NCBI RefSeq assembly: GCF_001194135.2
Contig: NC_068989.1
Coordinates: forward strand, 73,224,328-73,288,327
Reading direction: 5' to 3'
Source of the DNA: Octopus bimaculoides
Lineage: Eukaryota
Length of the DNA: 64,000 bases
How positions within the stretch are numbered: position 1 is the stretch's first letter; each line of letters opens with the position of its first letter. The position numbers and the translations under genes were made by a program. The notes beneath the pieces are model-generated. The model was given only the letters and a program-made list of their open reading frames with translations, was not told the origin of the DNA and searched no databases. Positions 1 to 13,425 of this stretch are shown in pieces.

Positions 1-12
1 ACACACGCACAT

Positions 13-330
13 GCAGGCATAGTTGTGTGGTTAAGAACTAAGTGGTTTTGGATTCAGTCTCAATGTGTGGCACCTTGGGCAAGATGCTTTTACTATATCT
101 CTGGGTTGTCTAAAGCCTCATGAGAGGATTTGAGAGACGGAAAGTTAAAGAAACCCATTGTATGTGTGTGCATGTGTTTGTGTCGATTTGTCTTGACATC
201 AAGTGATAGTTGTAAACAAGTGCCACTGTCACATAAGCAGTGTCATTCGTTTCCAATCTTCCATGGAAACATGCCCAATCACAGGGAAATATCTTGCATT
301 GAAACAACAAATTCAATCTAAGCCATGCAA
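13..330 (+). mobile_element. tRNA-headed SINE (family with ...ggcaccttgggcaag...ggaaactgaaagaa); other copies about 23350-23510(-), 30490-30620(-), 33820-34176, 41600-42130, 61392-61550
   Basis: A/B-box-like head (gtgtggttaag / ggattcagtc); recurs across the window. Confidence 0.7.
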
Positions 331-739
331 GCATAGAAAAGTGGTCGTTAAAATAACAATAATGATGACCTTTTTCTCTCTCTCACACAAACAGACATGA
401 TAAACTACTGCAGTCTCTGTCTACTTAATTTCACATGCAAGGCTTTGGTCAGCTCAAGACTATGAAAGTGGACACTTGACATACTTGTCATACAGTGAAA
501 CCAAACCTGGACCCACATAGTTGTGGAGTTAACTTCTGAGCTCTATGACCAGGCTATAAATACATTATCTAAAGGTCTGTTTGAAGCAGAGCTGTCCAAT
601 GTCATTAAGCAACAGAGCAATCCCCAACTAATTAAGAATATGTTAATAAGAGGCAGAACAAAATGTTATTTTAACAAATTCTTCATTGAACTTAGCAAGC
701 GGCCCATAATTGTAAAAGAATCAGAATACTAGTTGAAAG

Positions 740-746
740 TATATAT

Positions 747-815
<69 letters not shown>
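740..815. repeat. (TA)n microsatellite; others at about 13048-13144, 21395-21445, 33695-33754, 55735-55795
   Basis: Direct reading. Confidence 0.95.
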
Positions 816-819
<4 letters not shown>

Positions 820-1469
820 CTCCATGGTTCAGAATTTATAAAGATTTAATGCTGGAAATGATTTTAGTTTTAGCAGTCTTGCATAAACAATAAGAAAAAG
901 ACAAAACTGTACAAGTTTATCTATCTTTCTAGTAATATCACTGGTAGAATTTGATTTTAAAAAAATGACATTTAATAACAAGAACAATAAAATGATTTGG
1001 CTGTATCAGAAATGTAATTATAAGACATTGAAATGAATTTGCTATAATGAATGCGTTGTATAATTACAGACGTTCAACAATGTATATTACTATGCAGAAG
1101 GCATCAATCCCAGACATTTACTATCACCTTTTGCACTATATCTGGAAAATTTGCAGTAAGAAATTCTGCTGTAGAAGAAAATTTGCCCAGAGACAAATCT
1201 GCCATATGAACAATTATACCAGCAAAGTTTTTTTAAATAAAGAAAAAAAAAAGATGAGATTTTATAAAAGCATTAAATAAGCAAACCTTTATTCAATGAC
1301 AAATATCGAAAAGCACATAAGGTCAGTCAAAACGAAATTCCTTAGAGCAAATTTTCCTATGGCAAAAACAATTATGGTAAAATTTCCTATAACCATTTTG
1401 TACATTGGTCATATCCACTGCACACAAAATCTGCCAGATATGCATACTCTCCATAAGTAGAGATCTTAA

Positions 1470-1691
1470 CCCATTAAGCATTTAAATCAGCCATATCTGG
1501 CATCAAATATTCTACTTGTTTTATATTCAAACTGGCCAGATCCAGCCTCTCACACCTAATCTATAATGTCATTTTAAAAGTAAACAATCACGTCATCAAA
1601 ATCCCGAAACTACAAGATAATGCATGATTAATTCAAAACAATACGAATTAATCAGCGTTACATTTGATAGAGTAATCTGAATGCTAAAAGA
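1470..1691. mobile_element. piggyBac-like MITE (TTAA-flanked)
   Basis: TTAA on both sides; ends cccattaagcattt / aatgctaaaaga; inverted homologue at 32620-32839. Confidence 0.7.
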
Positions 1692-4107
1692 TTAAAATCA
1701 TCCTGATATCAAGCCAACAAAGGGGCTTCTATGTAGCTACACAACCTGTTAGGCATAGCTACTAAATCTCCTTCAAAATCCTTAATTGGCAGAGAACAAA
1801 TTGCCTTGCAGTCTATAATTTACCTATCATCTGTCTATGTATAATAAAATACAGTATCAATCAAGTACTGGAGTTGATTTATACTCCTACAATGTATCGA
1901 TGCGAATGGAGTTAAATTAAAAGACTAAGACTACAATGAGCATATACCCAACACTGGAAACTTAATCTTTTCTCATCTAAGAAAACTGAAACACAAACAT
2001 CATCTCAAGAAAGCCAGAAATCTGTTGCCTCACTACTATTGAAGAACACACCGAGAGAACTTCTATAATTCTTGCGAATGCTGAAACCCAACAATAACCA
2101 ATATTTCTTCATGGTAACAGTACGTAACTTTGACTGTCTTAACAAAAATCTGAATTCCAACAGAAAAAACTTTTTCTTCGTCATCAATGTTAGTTTCTCC
2201 AGGTTGCTACTTTAGATAAGAATGGTTTGTATTCTGATGTATTTTCTAAATATCTCCATTTCTGAGACTCAATGTCCTCAGATACCTTCACCATTTCTTT
2301 GGTCCTTGGCTTACCAAAATATGCTTGATGTTCAGTTTTAAATGAATAGTTTAATAGAAAAGTTTGGGGGATGAGAGAGAGTTAGAATGAAGAGGTAGGA
2401 GGAGGTCACAAGCTGGTAGCATGTTGGTGGGTGAATGTTTGCTTATATTCTGAATGTTTGTTTATGTAACAGCTGTACCATTGTAGAACTATGGCTACCA
2501 AGGACCAGCAACCGCTCAAAATTAAAATGCTTAACTGTGAATAAAAGCCCACCGATTAGACTGCGATAAGAACTGTGCTATATGTGTATGGCTCCTTTGC
2601 AAGGTAATTAGAGATTGAGAAACTTAGCACTAAAAGCAAGTATATGAGTTTAAGGTACATGTCATCCTCGAGTAGGGAGGATGCAGTACTGATATGAGCA
2701 GGGATTTTGAAGGGATTAGGCTGTAAGATGCCTATTACAAAATGATAATGGGGTTTGTTCCCATAGAATCAATCAGTGTCAGGTAGGAAGTATTTAAGTT
2801 GTGTATTAACTAATGAAGTATGTAAAAAGTTTATCAAGGAATGAAGGATGTTTTATTTGTATAAGAGAGTATATGATGGCTAGAGGTAACAGAAATCATA
2901 TAAAGACCAAAATAGCTGCAACATCATCAGAACACTAGGTTCAGATTCCAAAGAATATAAACTTTTATGCTCTGATCAAGTCTGCCTCTTTTACAGGCAC
3001 TATCAGAGCTCTCATATATAAATAGATTAATTTAGACTTAATCTATTGTCCAGTTTAACATCAACATGTAGCTCTTAAGAACTTTTAGCAGAATCCACAT
3101 AACAGTAAATATAAATATAAGGTCAGGTATTTGATCTAAAGATAACTTCTTCCCTTCCTTTCACCAAATGTGGAGGCTTCAAAAATGGTCTTGAAGTGCT
3201 ACCCTTTCACCTAAGTTTTATATAAATAAATAAGTTTAAATAACAAAAATATGTCCTGATAATCCAACACTACATAGCACTACAGCAACGTGGGGTGTCT
3301 ACAGTACATTACCTATCCTATGTCACGTGGACCATTAATTCAAATTTGGATATGTACCTAACACTGAAACAGTTGGACAGAGGCCTTACCTGTTTATGTT
3401 TAAATTGTGAAATAAGAGTAGTAGCTATTGAGAATCAAGAAAATTATAGCAAACAGAACGTACTTTTTATCTTTGCTCAACTAAATGACTATATCAATAT
3501 TTGAACATATTTAGCCAGCCCAAATGATAACAGCACCTTCTGCTTTCATTGCTACCCTCACACGAAGAACAAGGCCTGAAACATTAGGTTGTATACTCCT
3601 GACAAACGAACTTACCCAATTCTATCAACCCTTTTGATATGAAATCATCTGAGACTACTCTGGTTTTATGATTCAAATATTCTTTTTTTAAAGTGATATA
3701 AATTAAAACCACCCATCGAAATTTTAAGTTAATTCGTATTCCAAACAACAGCTTAATAACAACAAAGTTCTTTTGATAAATTCTTCATTATTTTCAAATT
3801 TAATTGACACCAAGGTAGTGTATTTCAGCAGAAATATGGCAATGAAGGGGTTAACTGTACTCTTTACCTTCACAGCCTATACGAAGCTGATATGTCAAAT
3901 GTTATAGAGACATTAGTGGGATAAATAAATAAAAAAAATTAGGCATAAAACAAGAAATGATTTAATTCTTTTGTAATGTTTCTGTTGAAATATGCTGTCC
4001 TAAATTAAATTAGTTTGGTATCAAAATGGTTAATAAATCTACATTATAAAATACTGCCAACTAAAAAAATATTAACCTTTTAGCATTCTGATTACTTTGT
4101 CAAATGT

Positions 4108-4830
4108 ACCATCATCATCATTTAATATGTTTTCCATGCTGGCATGGGTTGGATGGTTTGACTGAAAACTGGTAAGCTGGAGAGCTGTACCAGGTTCCAA
4201 CCTGATTTGGCATGGTCTCTATGGCTGGATGCCCTTCCTAATGCTAACCACTCAGAGAGTGTAGTGGGTGCTTTTTACGTGCCACAACTACAATCTCACT
4301 TGGCTTGAGAGGTCTTCACAAGCATGGTATATCGCCGAAGGTCTCAGTCACCTGTTACAGCCTCTGTGAGGCCCAACACTCAAACAGTGCTTTTTACATG
4401 CCAGTCAGATGGCACTGACATCAGCCACGACTATGATATCACTTGGCTTGACAGGTCTTCCCAAGCACAGCATATCGCTCAACGTCTGAAGGGTGCTTTT
4501 TATGTGCCAATTATGTAGCACTGGCATTGGCCACACTATGGTCTCATTTGGCTTGATGGGTTTTTTGAAGCATGACATAATGTCAAAGGTCTTGGTCACT
4601 TGTGATGGCCTCCCTGAGGCCCAACATTCAAAGGTCATGATTCACCTCCAGATCCCATGTCTTCCTGGATCTACCTCCTCCACAGGTTTCCTCCATCATT
4701 AGCATGGCACTTCTTTACACAGCTGTCCTTGCCCATATGCATCACATGACCACACCAGCACAGTCATCTCTCTTGCACACCACATCTCATGCCTCTTATG
4801 CCCAACTTTTCTCTCAGGACACTTATGTAT
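4108..4830 (-). mobile_element. Degenerate RTE LINE 3' end or RTE-tailed SINE
   Basis: ccatgctggcatgggttggatggtttgac tail; ccatgtcttcctggatctacctc encodes GRSRKTW on the minus strand. Confidence 0.8.
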
Positions 4831-5986
4831 TCACATCATTTTCAATTAATCGTGTATTATTTCATAGCTTTGAGATATCAATGATGTGATTGCTTATTTT
4901 TAAAATGACACTGTGGAGTAGGAGTCAGCCTTGTCGATCCCATGACATTCATCATGGCTCTATTTTTGACAGTGTCTTACAGCCAGATAGTCTGATGAAC
5001 TTCCTATTACCAAACTTTTTAGACATTGCCAACAAGAGGCATGTGCCACTTTTATGAGAAGTAAACTGCATGAGGTAAAGCTCATCATCAGGCAGACTAC
5101 AGTAATTTTTCACTGGTGTGCCATTCAGGAAGGCCCACAGACCACAGTTTGCACATGATTGTCTTACAACAGGCAAGGACACAGTATCTATTCTAAAATG
5201 CACAGTATTGTATAGTGAAGAAAATACAATTGAAATGATTATTATAGATTCTCTAATGTTAAATTTTATGTATATGTGTGTACATGCTATTTTGTTGTAA
5301 AAACATTATGAAATAGCTTATCAATTAGTTGGGTCTTAAGAAGAGCTAATGTATGGCTCACTGCAGCTGTTACATTTTCTCTCTCCCTCTTTCTACATTA
5401 ATGCTTTTCAAACTGTGCAATATGGCACACCAGTACATCTAGGATTTTTAAAAAATATATAATTAAAAATTTTAGAAAATCCATAATATATAATAAAGGT
5501 GGTTTCTTTCTTCAAACTTTTCATATGACATATGCCAGTAATTTGGCTTTTTTACTTGGTCAATAACACCAAAATAAAATTACATAAAAAACATGTGAGT
5601 AGAGAGAGAGAGAGAGAGAGAGTCTGTGTGTGTGTGTGTGTGTGTGTNNNNNNNNNNNNNNNNNNNNNNNNNNNNNNNNNNNNNNNNNNNNNNNNNNNNN
5701 NNNNNNNNNNNNNNNNNNNNNNNNNNNNNNNNNNNNNNNNNNNNNNNNNNNNNNNNNNNNNNNNCTGTGTGTGTGTGTGTGTGTGTGCGTGCGTGTGTGT
5801 GCGTGCATGCATGTGCGTGTGCGTGTGCGTGTGCGTGCGAGTGAATGATGTGATCACAGGATAGTACTAGTTCTGCTGGGCTGGAAATGTCACAAGGCTT
5901 ACATGCAACAGGTGGACAAGTGCAAATATCAAGTAGAAGCAAGAGAATGAAAAAAAAGAAAATTCAAAAAAGATCACTCAGAATAC

Positions 5987-6079
5987 CTTTAAGATGACTT
6001 GAAGATGACATAGTAAAAATATTTAGGCCCAAATGGAAAAGAAGATACAAAGAAGGGTAGAATGGAAGCACATTGAGAC
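5987..6079 (-). CDS. Candidate 93-nt exon of the same unidentified transcript
   Basis: Strong acceptor ctctttcacattgcag|, donor aag|gtattc. Read after the 9.9-kb exon it gives SQCASILPFFVSSFPFGPKYFYYVIFKSS*; the phase-1 frame (GLNVLPFYP...MSSSSHLK) is fully open. Confidence 0.3.
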
Positions 6080-9000
6080 CTGCAATGTGAAAGAGCATCT
6101 GCTGGCGTGATTGATAGAGCCACATATGAGTGTGTGTGCATATAATCTGCTTTGTAGCTAACTTTTGCTGCTTGTAGAGTTGGGTCAAATTTTAGGTTTA
6201 GGCAAGTATTCTTTCTCTATCACTTCCCATTCAACTATGAAGTAAAAGAGGAACATTTTATTCTTTCCTACAAAGAACAGTGAAACGAACAATAGAAACT
6301 GTTAAAAAAATTAGGAAAATTGGTTTGGTATGAGGAAGTAGAAAAGCCTTAACATTATGGAAAGAATTCTTCATTGGGGAGATATTGAGAAAGCTAATCT
6401 GTTCATTTGGTGCCATCAGAAACATTTGATATTAACAAATAAACCTGCTGCTTGAAATGTTATTCTACCTGATAATGCAAAGCAACACTAGTTTCTTCAA
6501 ATTCTGTTTACAAGAAAAAGGTGCCTTGCTCAGAGGCAACACAATACAATGACTAATAAATGTTGGCCTCATAACCATGTAATCAGTAGTATTCAAAGTA
6601 AAGCCCACAGTCACTGTATTCAAATTATCCATATCAGATACAAAGCGCTAAACGAAGAGCCTCAACAGGCTAGAAGCAGCAGCCAACACTCTTTCAAAAT
6701 CAAAAACTGTCAACTTAAAAACATAGCTGGTCTTGTCCAATCAGAGAAGAATTAAGGCCAAACAGCAATTATGGACTAAGATTAAAATTTATCAATTTTG
6801 ATTCACCAACATACATAAGCTATTAAAATCTGTTCTACATGAAGTTTTGTTCTGTGAATACATTACATGGGCCATTGAGCTGATGGACAAATTGAGTTAA
6901 AAGACCCGAGTAAGAATACAAAATTCATTCAAGTAATATTACAAAGCAAAAACTAAGATGAAAACAGACCAAGTAGATAAGGTAAAATAGGAAACAAAGT
7001 GGTTCAGTGGCCAAAAAATGGTTGAGAAAATCCAGTGCAAACAGCAAGACAGTTGTATACCTGCATTACTGCAATCAAGTCAGACCTTGAGTCAATATTT
7101 GGCTATCACACTATTGAGCTTGTTACTAGTTGATATCCTTTACATCAAACATCTGCAATAGCCATACATAACCACTTTTGTTTGCAATTGCCGACATTCA
7201 CTTAAGCTGGTTCAGTTCATCTCAAGTGAAGATTAACATAGGGACATAAGTTTATTCTAGAGCAACATTAAAATACACTTAAGAAGATTGGGTGGGATAT
7301 CAGGAAAAATTTAGCTACCAAATCTAGGTCAAGAAATCATCATTTGATTTACCTGAGGTCCTTTGGGGGGGGGGGGATATAGAGAAATTTAACCCTTTTG
7401 TTACCACATTTTTGTTGAAATAGGCTGCTTTTGTTTTAGTTAANNNNNNNNNNNNNNNNNNNNNNNNNNNNNTTATAAAGATGGAATTTGGAACAAATCT
7501 ACAAGGTATTTTGATGGAAGATTCTAACTTAGGTCACTTTAAAAGAGGAAATTGGTATCAAACCCAAGCAGTCTTGGGTAGCTTGGTAACAGAAGTTAAT
7601 TTTTGTTTTGGAAGAACTGAGTACTACTGATAAGCTAGTATCATAATGGCACATTAACAAGGTGATATTTCATCCATTCTGCGAAGACACATGGCTCAGT
7701 GGTTAGAGTATTGAGCTTACAATCACAAGGTCATTAGTTCAATTACTGACAGTACCTTGTGTCCTTGAGTAAGATATTTTATTTCATGTTGCTCCAGTCC
7801 ACTCAGCTGGCAAAAATGAGTGGCATTCAATGGGCCAGCCTCATCACTTTCTGTGTCATGCTGAATCTACCTGAGAACTCTGTTGAAGGTATACATGTCT
7901 GACAAGCATTCAGCTATTTGCATATTAATTTCAAGAACAGGCTGTTCCATTGATCAGATCAACTGGAACCCTCATCATCATAATTGGAATATCAGTGCTA
8001 GTTCATCCATTAATGAAATGAGAAGAAAAAAATACAATCAGTTATGAGAGTTGATCACACAATTACCCATAAAGGTATGGTGGAGTAGGGGAGTTTAAGG
8101 GCACAATGATTACTTACTATACAGCAGAACTCTTCATTTTCTTATTGGTTTTGAAACTGGTAATTTCTAATTGTAAGATGTGGTTCATATATATATATAT
8201 CAACGCAAAGGGGGACTCTTTAGTTCTAGCAGACAGCCTCTTTGGAGCTCACGATAGGATAAAATGCATCCAGTTTATGTTGTAGTCAGTGATAGGAATG
8301 GTAACCAACAATACAATAACACATCCAAAAAGGGGGAAGGAAATGAAAAGATATGAAATCAGTAAGTTACAGTAAAGGTGACCCATTTAAGTGCAACCAC
8401 AATTAGAAACTGACAGAACTTAAAAGGACTTCTTTAGACCAGCTGTTGACAACCTCATTGGTGCCGGTGGCACAATAAAATGTACCCAGTCCATGTTATG
8501 AAATAATCAATGACAGGAGCCAAGACAAAAGAATATCACATGCAAAACAACTAATATATGTTGTGGTTTTTCTCTGGCTATGCTTGCCAGATGATGAAGG
8601 ACATAAGAAGTGAGACTCCAGTATAGGAAATACATGTTAAATGAAGAAAACAAGACTAATAAAGTAGCTCTCTGACATTGTGTTTAATTAACTGTAAATC
8701 AATCAAAGTATGCTGTCAGTTGTTTTTATTTACAGTATTACATCCTTGCACCTGCATACACTCATAACAGCAAGGATAGGATTATTTTTATAAATTTGGA
8801 TATTTGTTTGTTGTTGGAACAAATTGCTGTTGCCATGTAGCCCCTCAGGTCAGACCAGTGGTCATGTCAATAGCTGGACCTGTGCAAGGCAGATTCCACT
8901 TTCTAGATATCCACGTTTCCGACCATTCCACCTTTTTTGAAAGCAACATACCGAAAGCCACCCCTATTTCTATGATACAAACTCCGTTTTAAAATTATTA

Positions 9001-9853
9001 AAAATTAAAATCTACTATCAAAATTTCACTTCAATTATATTCCAAACATCTGCTTAATAATAGTTTCAAATTTTGTCACAGGGCCAGCAGTTTTTGAGGG
9101 AAAGGGAAGTTGATTACATCAACCCCAGTGCTCAACTGGTGGTTATTTTGTCAACCCTGATAGGACAAAGGTAAAGTCAGCCTCAGCAGAAAATGAACAT
9201 AGATTATAATCAGCCAGAAAAAAATGCCACTAAGCATTTTGTTCAATGTGCTAATGAGTCTGTCAGCTTAATATTAGTCTCAAATATTTTGGTACAGGGC
9301 CATACGTTTTTGAGGGGAGGGAACAAATCGATTTCATCAATCCCACATACCTGACAGGTACATATTTTACCAACCCTGAAAGGGCAAAAAGGCAAAGTCG
9401 ACCTCAGCAGAATTTGAACTCAGAACGTATGCCTGGCATGCTAACAATTCTGCCAGTTTAATTATAATTATTTTACTAAATACTTCATTATTTTCAAAAT
9501 TAATTGAGGAAAAGCAGTGTATTTCAATAGGAAAATATGGTAATGAAAGGATTAAGTACTATGCTACAGGCACTCTGATATGCAGAATCTAATTGTGTGC
9601 TACAATGTTACAGGTTAAGCTTGTTGCATTCTTTCTGTTGTTTAGTCCGTACCTGCAGTGTACTTATACTTACAGATGCTATGAAAATGAATTGTATCTT
9701 GCATTACCTCAAGTGGTCTTTCATCAAGTAATTTTTTTTTTTTTTTTTTTAAGCTGGAAAGTTGGTGGGTGAGGGACAGTGTGGAAACTGCCATATTGTC
9801 TTTGTAGTTTGTTGCTGAAGTGACAAACAAAACCAACATAATTCACAATAGAC

Positions 9854-9962
9854 CTGATGCATTCTTGTTGCTGTTGTTTCTGCAGCTCTAGTTCAGCTTT
9901 GATCAAACAACCCTGTACGGCATGCAGGTAGTCAGTTGAACAATTAGGTGCAATCCACAGAT
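9854..9962 (-). CDS. Candidate exon of an unidentified gene (D-LWIAPNCSTDYLHAVQGCLIKAELELQKQQQQECI-R)
   Basis: Acceptor tttatctacag|, weak donor cag|gtctat; 109 nt open in one frame only; non-repetitive, coding-like composition. No family recognised. Confidence 0.35.
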
Positions 9963-10034
9963 CTGTAGATAAACCATATCGCTATCCAACTGAGTAGAGT
10001 GCACTTGCTGATACGAGTGATGCATCATAAAGAG

Positions 10035-10299
10035 CAGTACTGCTCAAAGTGGTGGTCCGTGAGCCATCAGCTGCCGGTACGCGGCGAGTTTCCAGAAAAG
10101 AAAGAAACATTATAAAATGCTTATGTATTATTTGTTTACAAAATAATACAAGATAAAAAAAATTGTCAACTTTTATTATATTCATTGTGTATATATTGTT
10201 TCTGGTATGAATTAATATTACTAAGAAATATTAGCAGTCCCTGGCACATTGGAAAAAAAAACTGCTGGTAAGCCATATCAAATAGTTTGAGAAGTACTG
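10035..10299. mobile_element. hAT (Charlie/MER5-like) MITE
   Basis: TIR cagtactgctcaaa / tttgagaagtactg; 8-bp flanks ataaagag / atttagag. Confidence 0.75.
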
Positions 10300-12393
10300 A
10301 TTTAGAGTGCAGGGTTACAGTCTGGACATGTACACTTCTCAATGTCCAGTCTATTTTTGTATACCTACTATTGTTGTTGTTATTATTTGTTTAGCATCAC
10401 AATGGCCCTGACTGAGTAGACCTTTGATCTAAGACTTTCCAGATGTAGAATTAGTATGCCTAAACTGACCCTTCTCTAACCAAGGTGGCAGGCTATGATT
10501 TTGAAGTAATTTCACAGCTATTTCTAGCAGGTCAAACAACCACTTAAAAGCTCCTTCATTGGTTAGACAAGCATGATGGACCGGATCAGAATTGTTCACC
10601 TATTGTTCCTCTGAACTTATTAATGGTGTATTGCTTTTGTTAATGTTGTTTTATTTTTTCACCTTATAACATCCATCAGTAGTTTAGTATGTACATTCAT
10701 TGTTCTGCTTTTATTTACCATATCATATCATATATATCTTCTGTGAATGGTGCAAATGAATGTTGCAGAGACACACCAGGTGGTAATTCTAATTATATTA
10801 CATTAATAAAAGAAATCATTATAATACAACATTACTTTACATAGTATGTTTAAGTTATCAACAGGTAATTCATTTGTTTTTATGCTTATTTTGCTATCCT
10901 AGCATAGGCTGGACTGGTAATTTTCTGAGGCAGCATCTCACAGCTGGATGCTCTTCCTGCTGCCAACCCCCTTATCTGTTTTACAAGTAATCTTTTATTG
11001 TATAATCTTGAGAGTGCTGAGCGATGGGATGTAATGCATATACATATGGTGATCTTCCATGCAGTTTCCATCTATTTCCATTGAATAATAGCTTGTGTGT
11101 GTGTGTGGTCTAAGTATGATGTCACCAGCTGTAGTTTTTGGGGTGTTGGGAAAATTGTACAAATATAGATTGAAAAGAGCACACAAACGAATGGAAACTT
11201 GCAGTACTTCTATTTGAGAAACTAGATTTCTTTGAAGTAATTAAGAGTGGAAAGGGGATGTCTTTAATTTTATTTTATTACTTAGAAGGCCACCTATTAA
11301 GTAGAAATGATACTCAGACAATAATCTGAAGAAAAGATAGTAATGTAGCTTGTTGAAACACACAACATGATTGGTTTAAAAAGCTTTGAAGATATAAACT
11401 TGAACTTAGTAACCTACCACTTTAATCTCACATCCACTGGAGCCTTAGGGTATACACAACAGGGCCACTGCTGTTCAAACAGACTTAAAAGTGTTCCAGC
11501 TATCATTACCACTTTTGTTTAGGAGTATGTGGTCTCAATTTATCGATTATGTTTTTACCTATATTGAGCATAATTTGAAGGAAATTTCACTGCTATTTCT
11601 AAGTATATTATGTAACCACAGGCTTTTATATTAAAGTATTTAGAACTCTGTTTCTACACTCAGGACCAGAGATAAAAATAAAAAATAAAAAAAAGCTATT
11701 TTCTAGAAGAAGAATGAATGGCTAACCTTATCTGCAGGAATTACATAGACAAGGAAATAAAATAAGATTTACACAGTAAAGTAAATGAATCTTCTGTGAT
11801 CTTATTGATCCAGTTATTCAACCAACTTGACTACCTGCTTGTTGAATCAGTGTGTAAATGACTGAGGCCATAAAAACAGAAGAGCAACCATCTGATATCC
11901 ACGGCAACAGAAGATGCTAGTTTTTTGAGTTAGATTGGTAGCCCACCCACACATGTCAAGTTTCCATTCTCAATGGCACCAATGTCATCCCAAGGAAATG
12001 CTGCCACTTTAGGTCAATACAGCTTGGCACCAACATTGCTGTTTTCAGAATGCGAAGGGCCAGAACCGATACCACAACACATCCTGTCTGACATTCCTTC
12101 AGTTCCACCAATCCGCAATTAAGTCAAGTAAATTACCAGAAAGATTCTACTTCCTTCTGCTTACTACAGAAAGTTCTAGCATCCTGGATCTCTGGATTGC
12201 CCTTCTCCTGTCAAATTTGGATGACTGATGCATCTGACGGAAAAACTGGTAGTTCTTTCTCCTCCTTATTTGCTGGGTGTAGCTAAAGCAAATTACTCAA
12301 CAAAGGATGTAGAATTTACTAAATAATAAATTTAATTACTGTTGTTTTTTTCGCTGTTGTTACATAAACAAAACACATAAGAGTCAATAGCAG

Positions 12394-12562
12394 AAGCGCT
12401 TATGTGGTCCCTTCGATCCAGTGAGTAAGGAGAGCTTCTTATGTGGTAGCTGGAGCCAATGAGAAAGAGCCCCTCACGTGGTCTCTGGAGCCAATGAGAA
12501 AGAGCCTCTTATGTGCTCCCTGGAGCCAAACGAGAGAAAAGCCGCTTGCGTGATTGCTCAAA
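12394..12562 (+). repeat. About 35-bp tandem repeat (4-5 units) with CCAAT and CACGTG/TATGTG motifs
   Basis: Units such as gaaagagcccctcacgtggtctctggagccaatga. Confidence 0.7.
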
Positions 12563-13055
12563 CTGCTATAGATAACATTACTCTAAAACCCCCACCGTAT
12601 TGTCTTTAAAAAACAGACACGTTGAATTATCTCGTCCTATGGTTACTATGAGAAAACAAAAACACAGTGGAATTGATGAATGATCACGGCTGGAATGCCT
12701 TTTCTCACAAAAACGATCGTTCGATCAAGGTTAACCTGGTGCTAAACAACCAACAATAAAGTATATTTATATCAACAGCTAGCTGTCAGAAGTGAAAGAT
12801 TAAATTACAGTAAGGTTACTACTATTTACATAAGACTTGCTGTCAGGCAAATAAATAAATAAATCTAATCTACATTGTCACACAACTATGTCGAGCGTTT
12901 TTCTATACATTTTGGCAAATACTAATAAACGTTTTGAAAATATAAAATTTTACAAGTTCAAAACATGATACACAAATTTCACTTCTTACTCTTGGTACAT
13001 ATGTAGAGATACTTTCAAAAATGACTTGTATACAAAACGACACTGGACATACGAA

Positions 13056-13159
<104 letters not shown>

Positions 13160-13261
13160 TCGTGTAAGTAGTTTAGTTATAGATTATTTCCCACGAGAGA
13201 GTAAAACGTCAGGATGTAGAATATACTAGCAGTGTTAGTCATCACTGTATATATATAAATA

Positions 13262-13425
13262 CACTAGTGTAGTTAGAGTTTGTGCCGCCCGGGGCGGCCT
13301 TATGTTTGCTGCCCCTGGACTCCACAAAGAAAAAAAAAACCCTGCCTACAGCAATAGCCTAGAACAGGATGAAAAGTGCCGCCCAGGGCGGACCGCCCTT
13401 ACCGTACCCACTAGCTACGCAAGCG
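13262..13425. mobile_element. GC-rich non-autonomous DNA transposon (hAT-like)
   Basis: Degenerate CAGTGGCGTAGCTAG-type ends (cactagtgtagttag / ctagctacgcaagcg); flanks tataaata / tatgtata. Confidence 0.5.

Noticed and set aside
523-732. 69-aa ORF with protein-like appearance
   Set aside because: No start codon context, splice support or recognisable domain; overlaps repeat-like sequence.
9724-10185. Long minus-strand frame broken by one TAG (possible read-through)
   Set aside because: The upstream half is inside the hAT MITE, and a splice acceptor at 9962 bypasses the stop.
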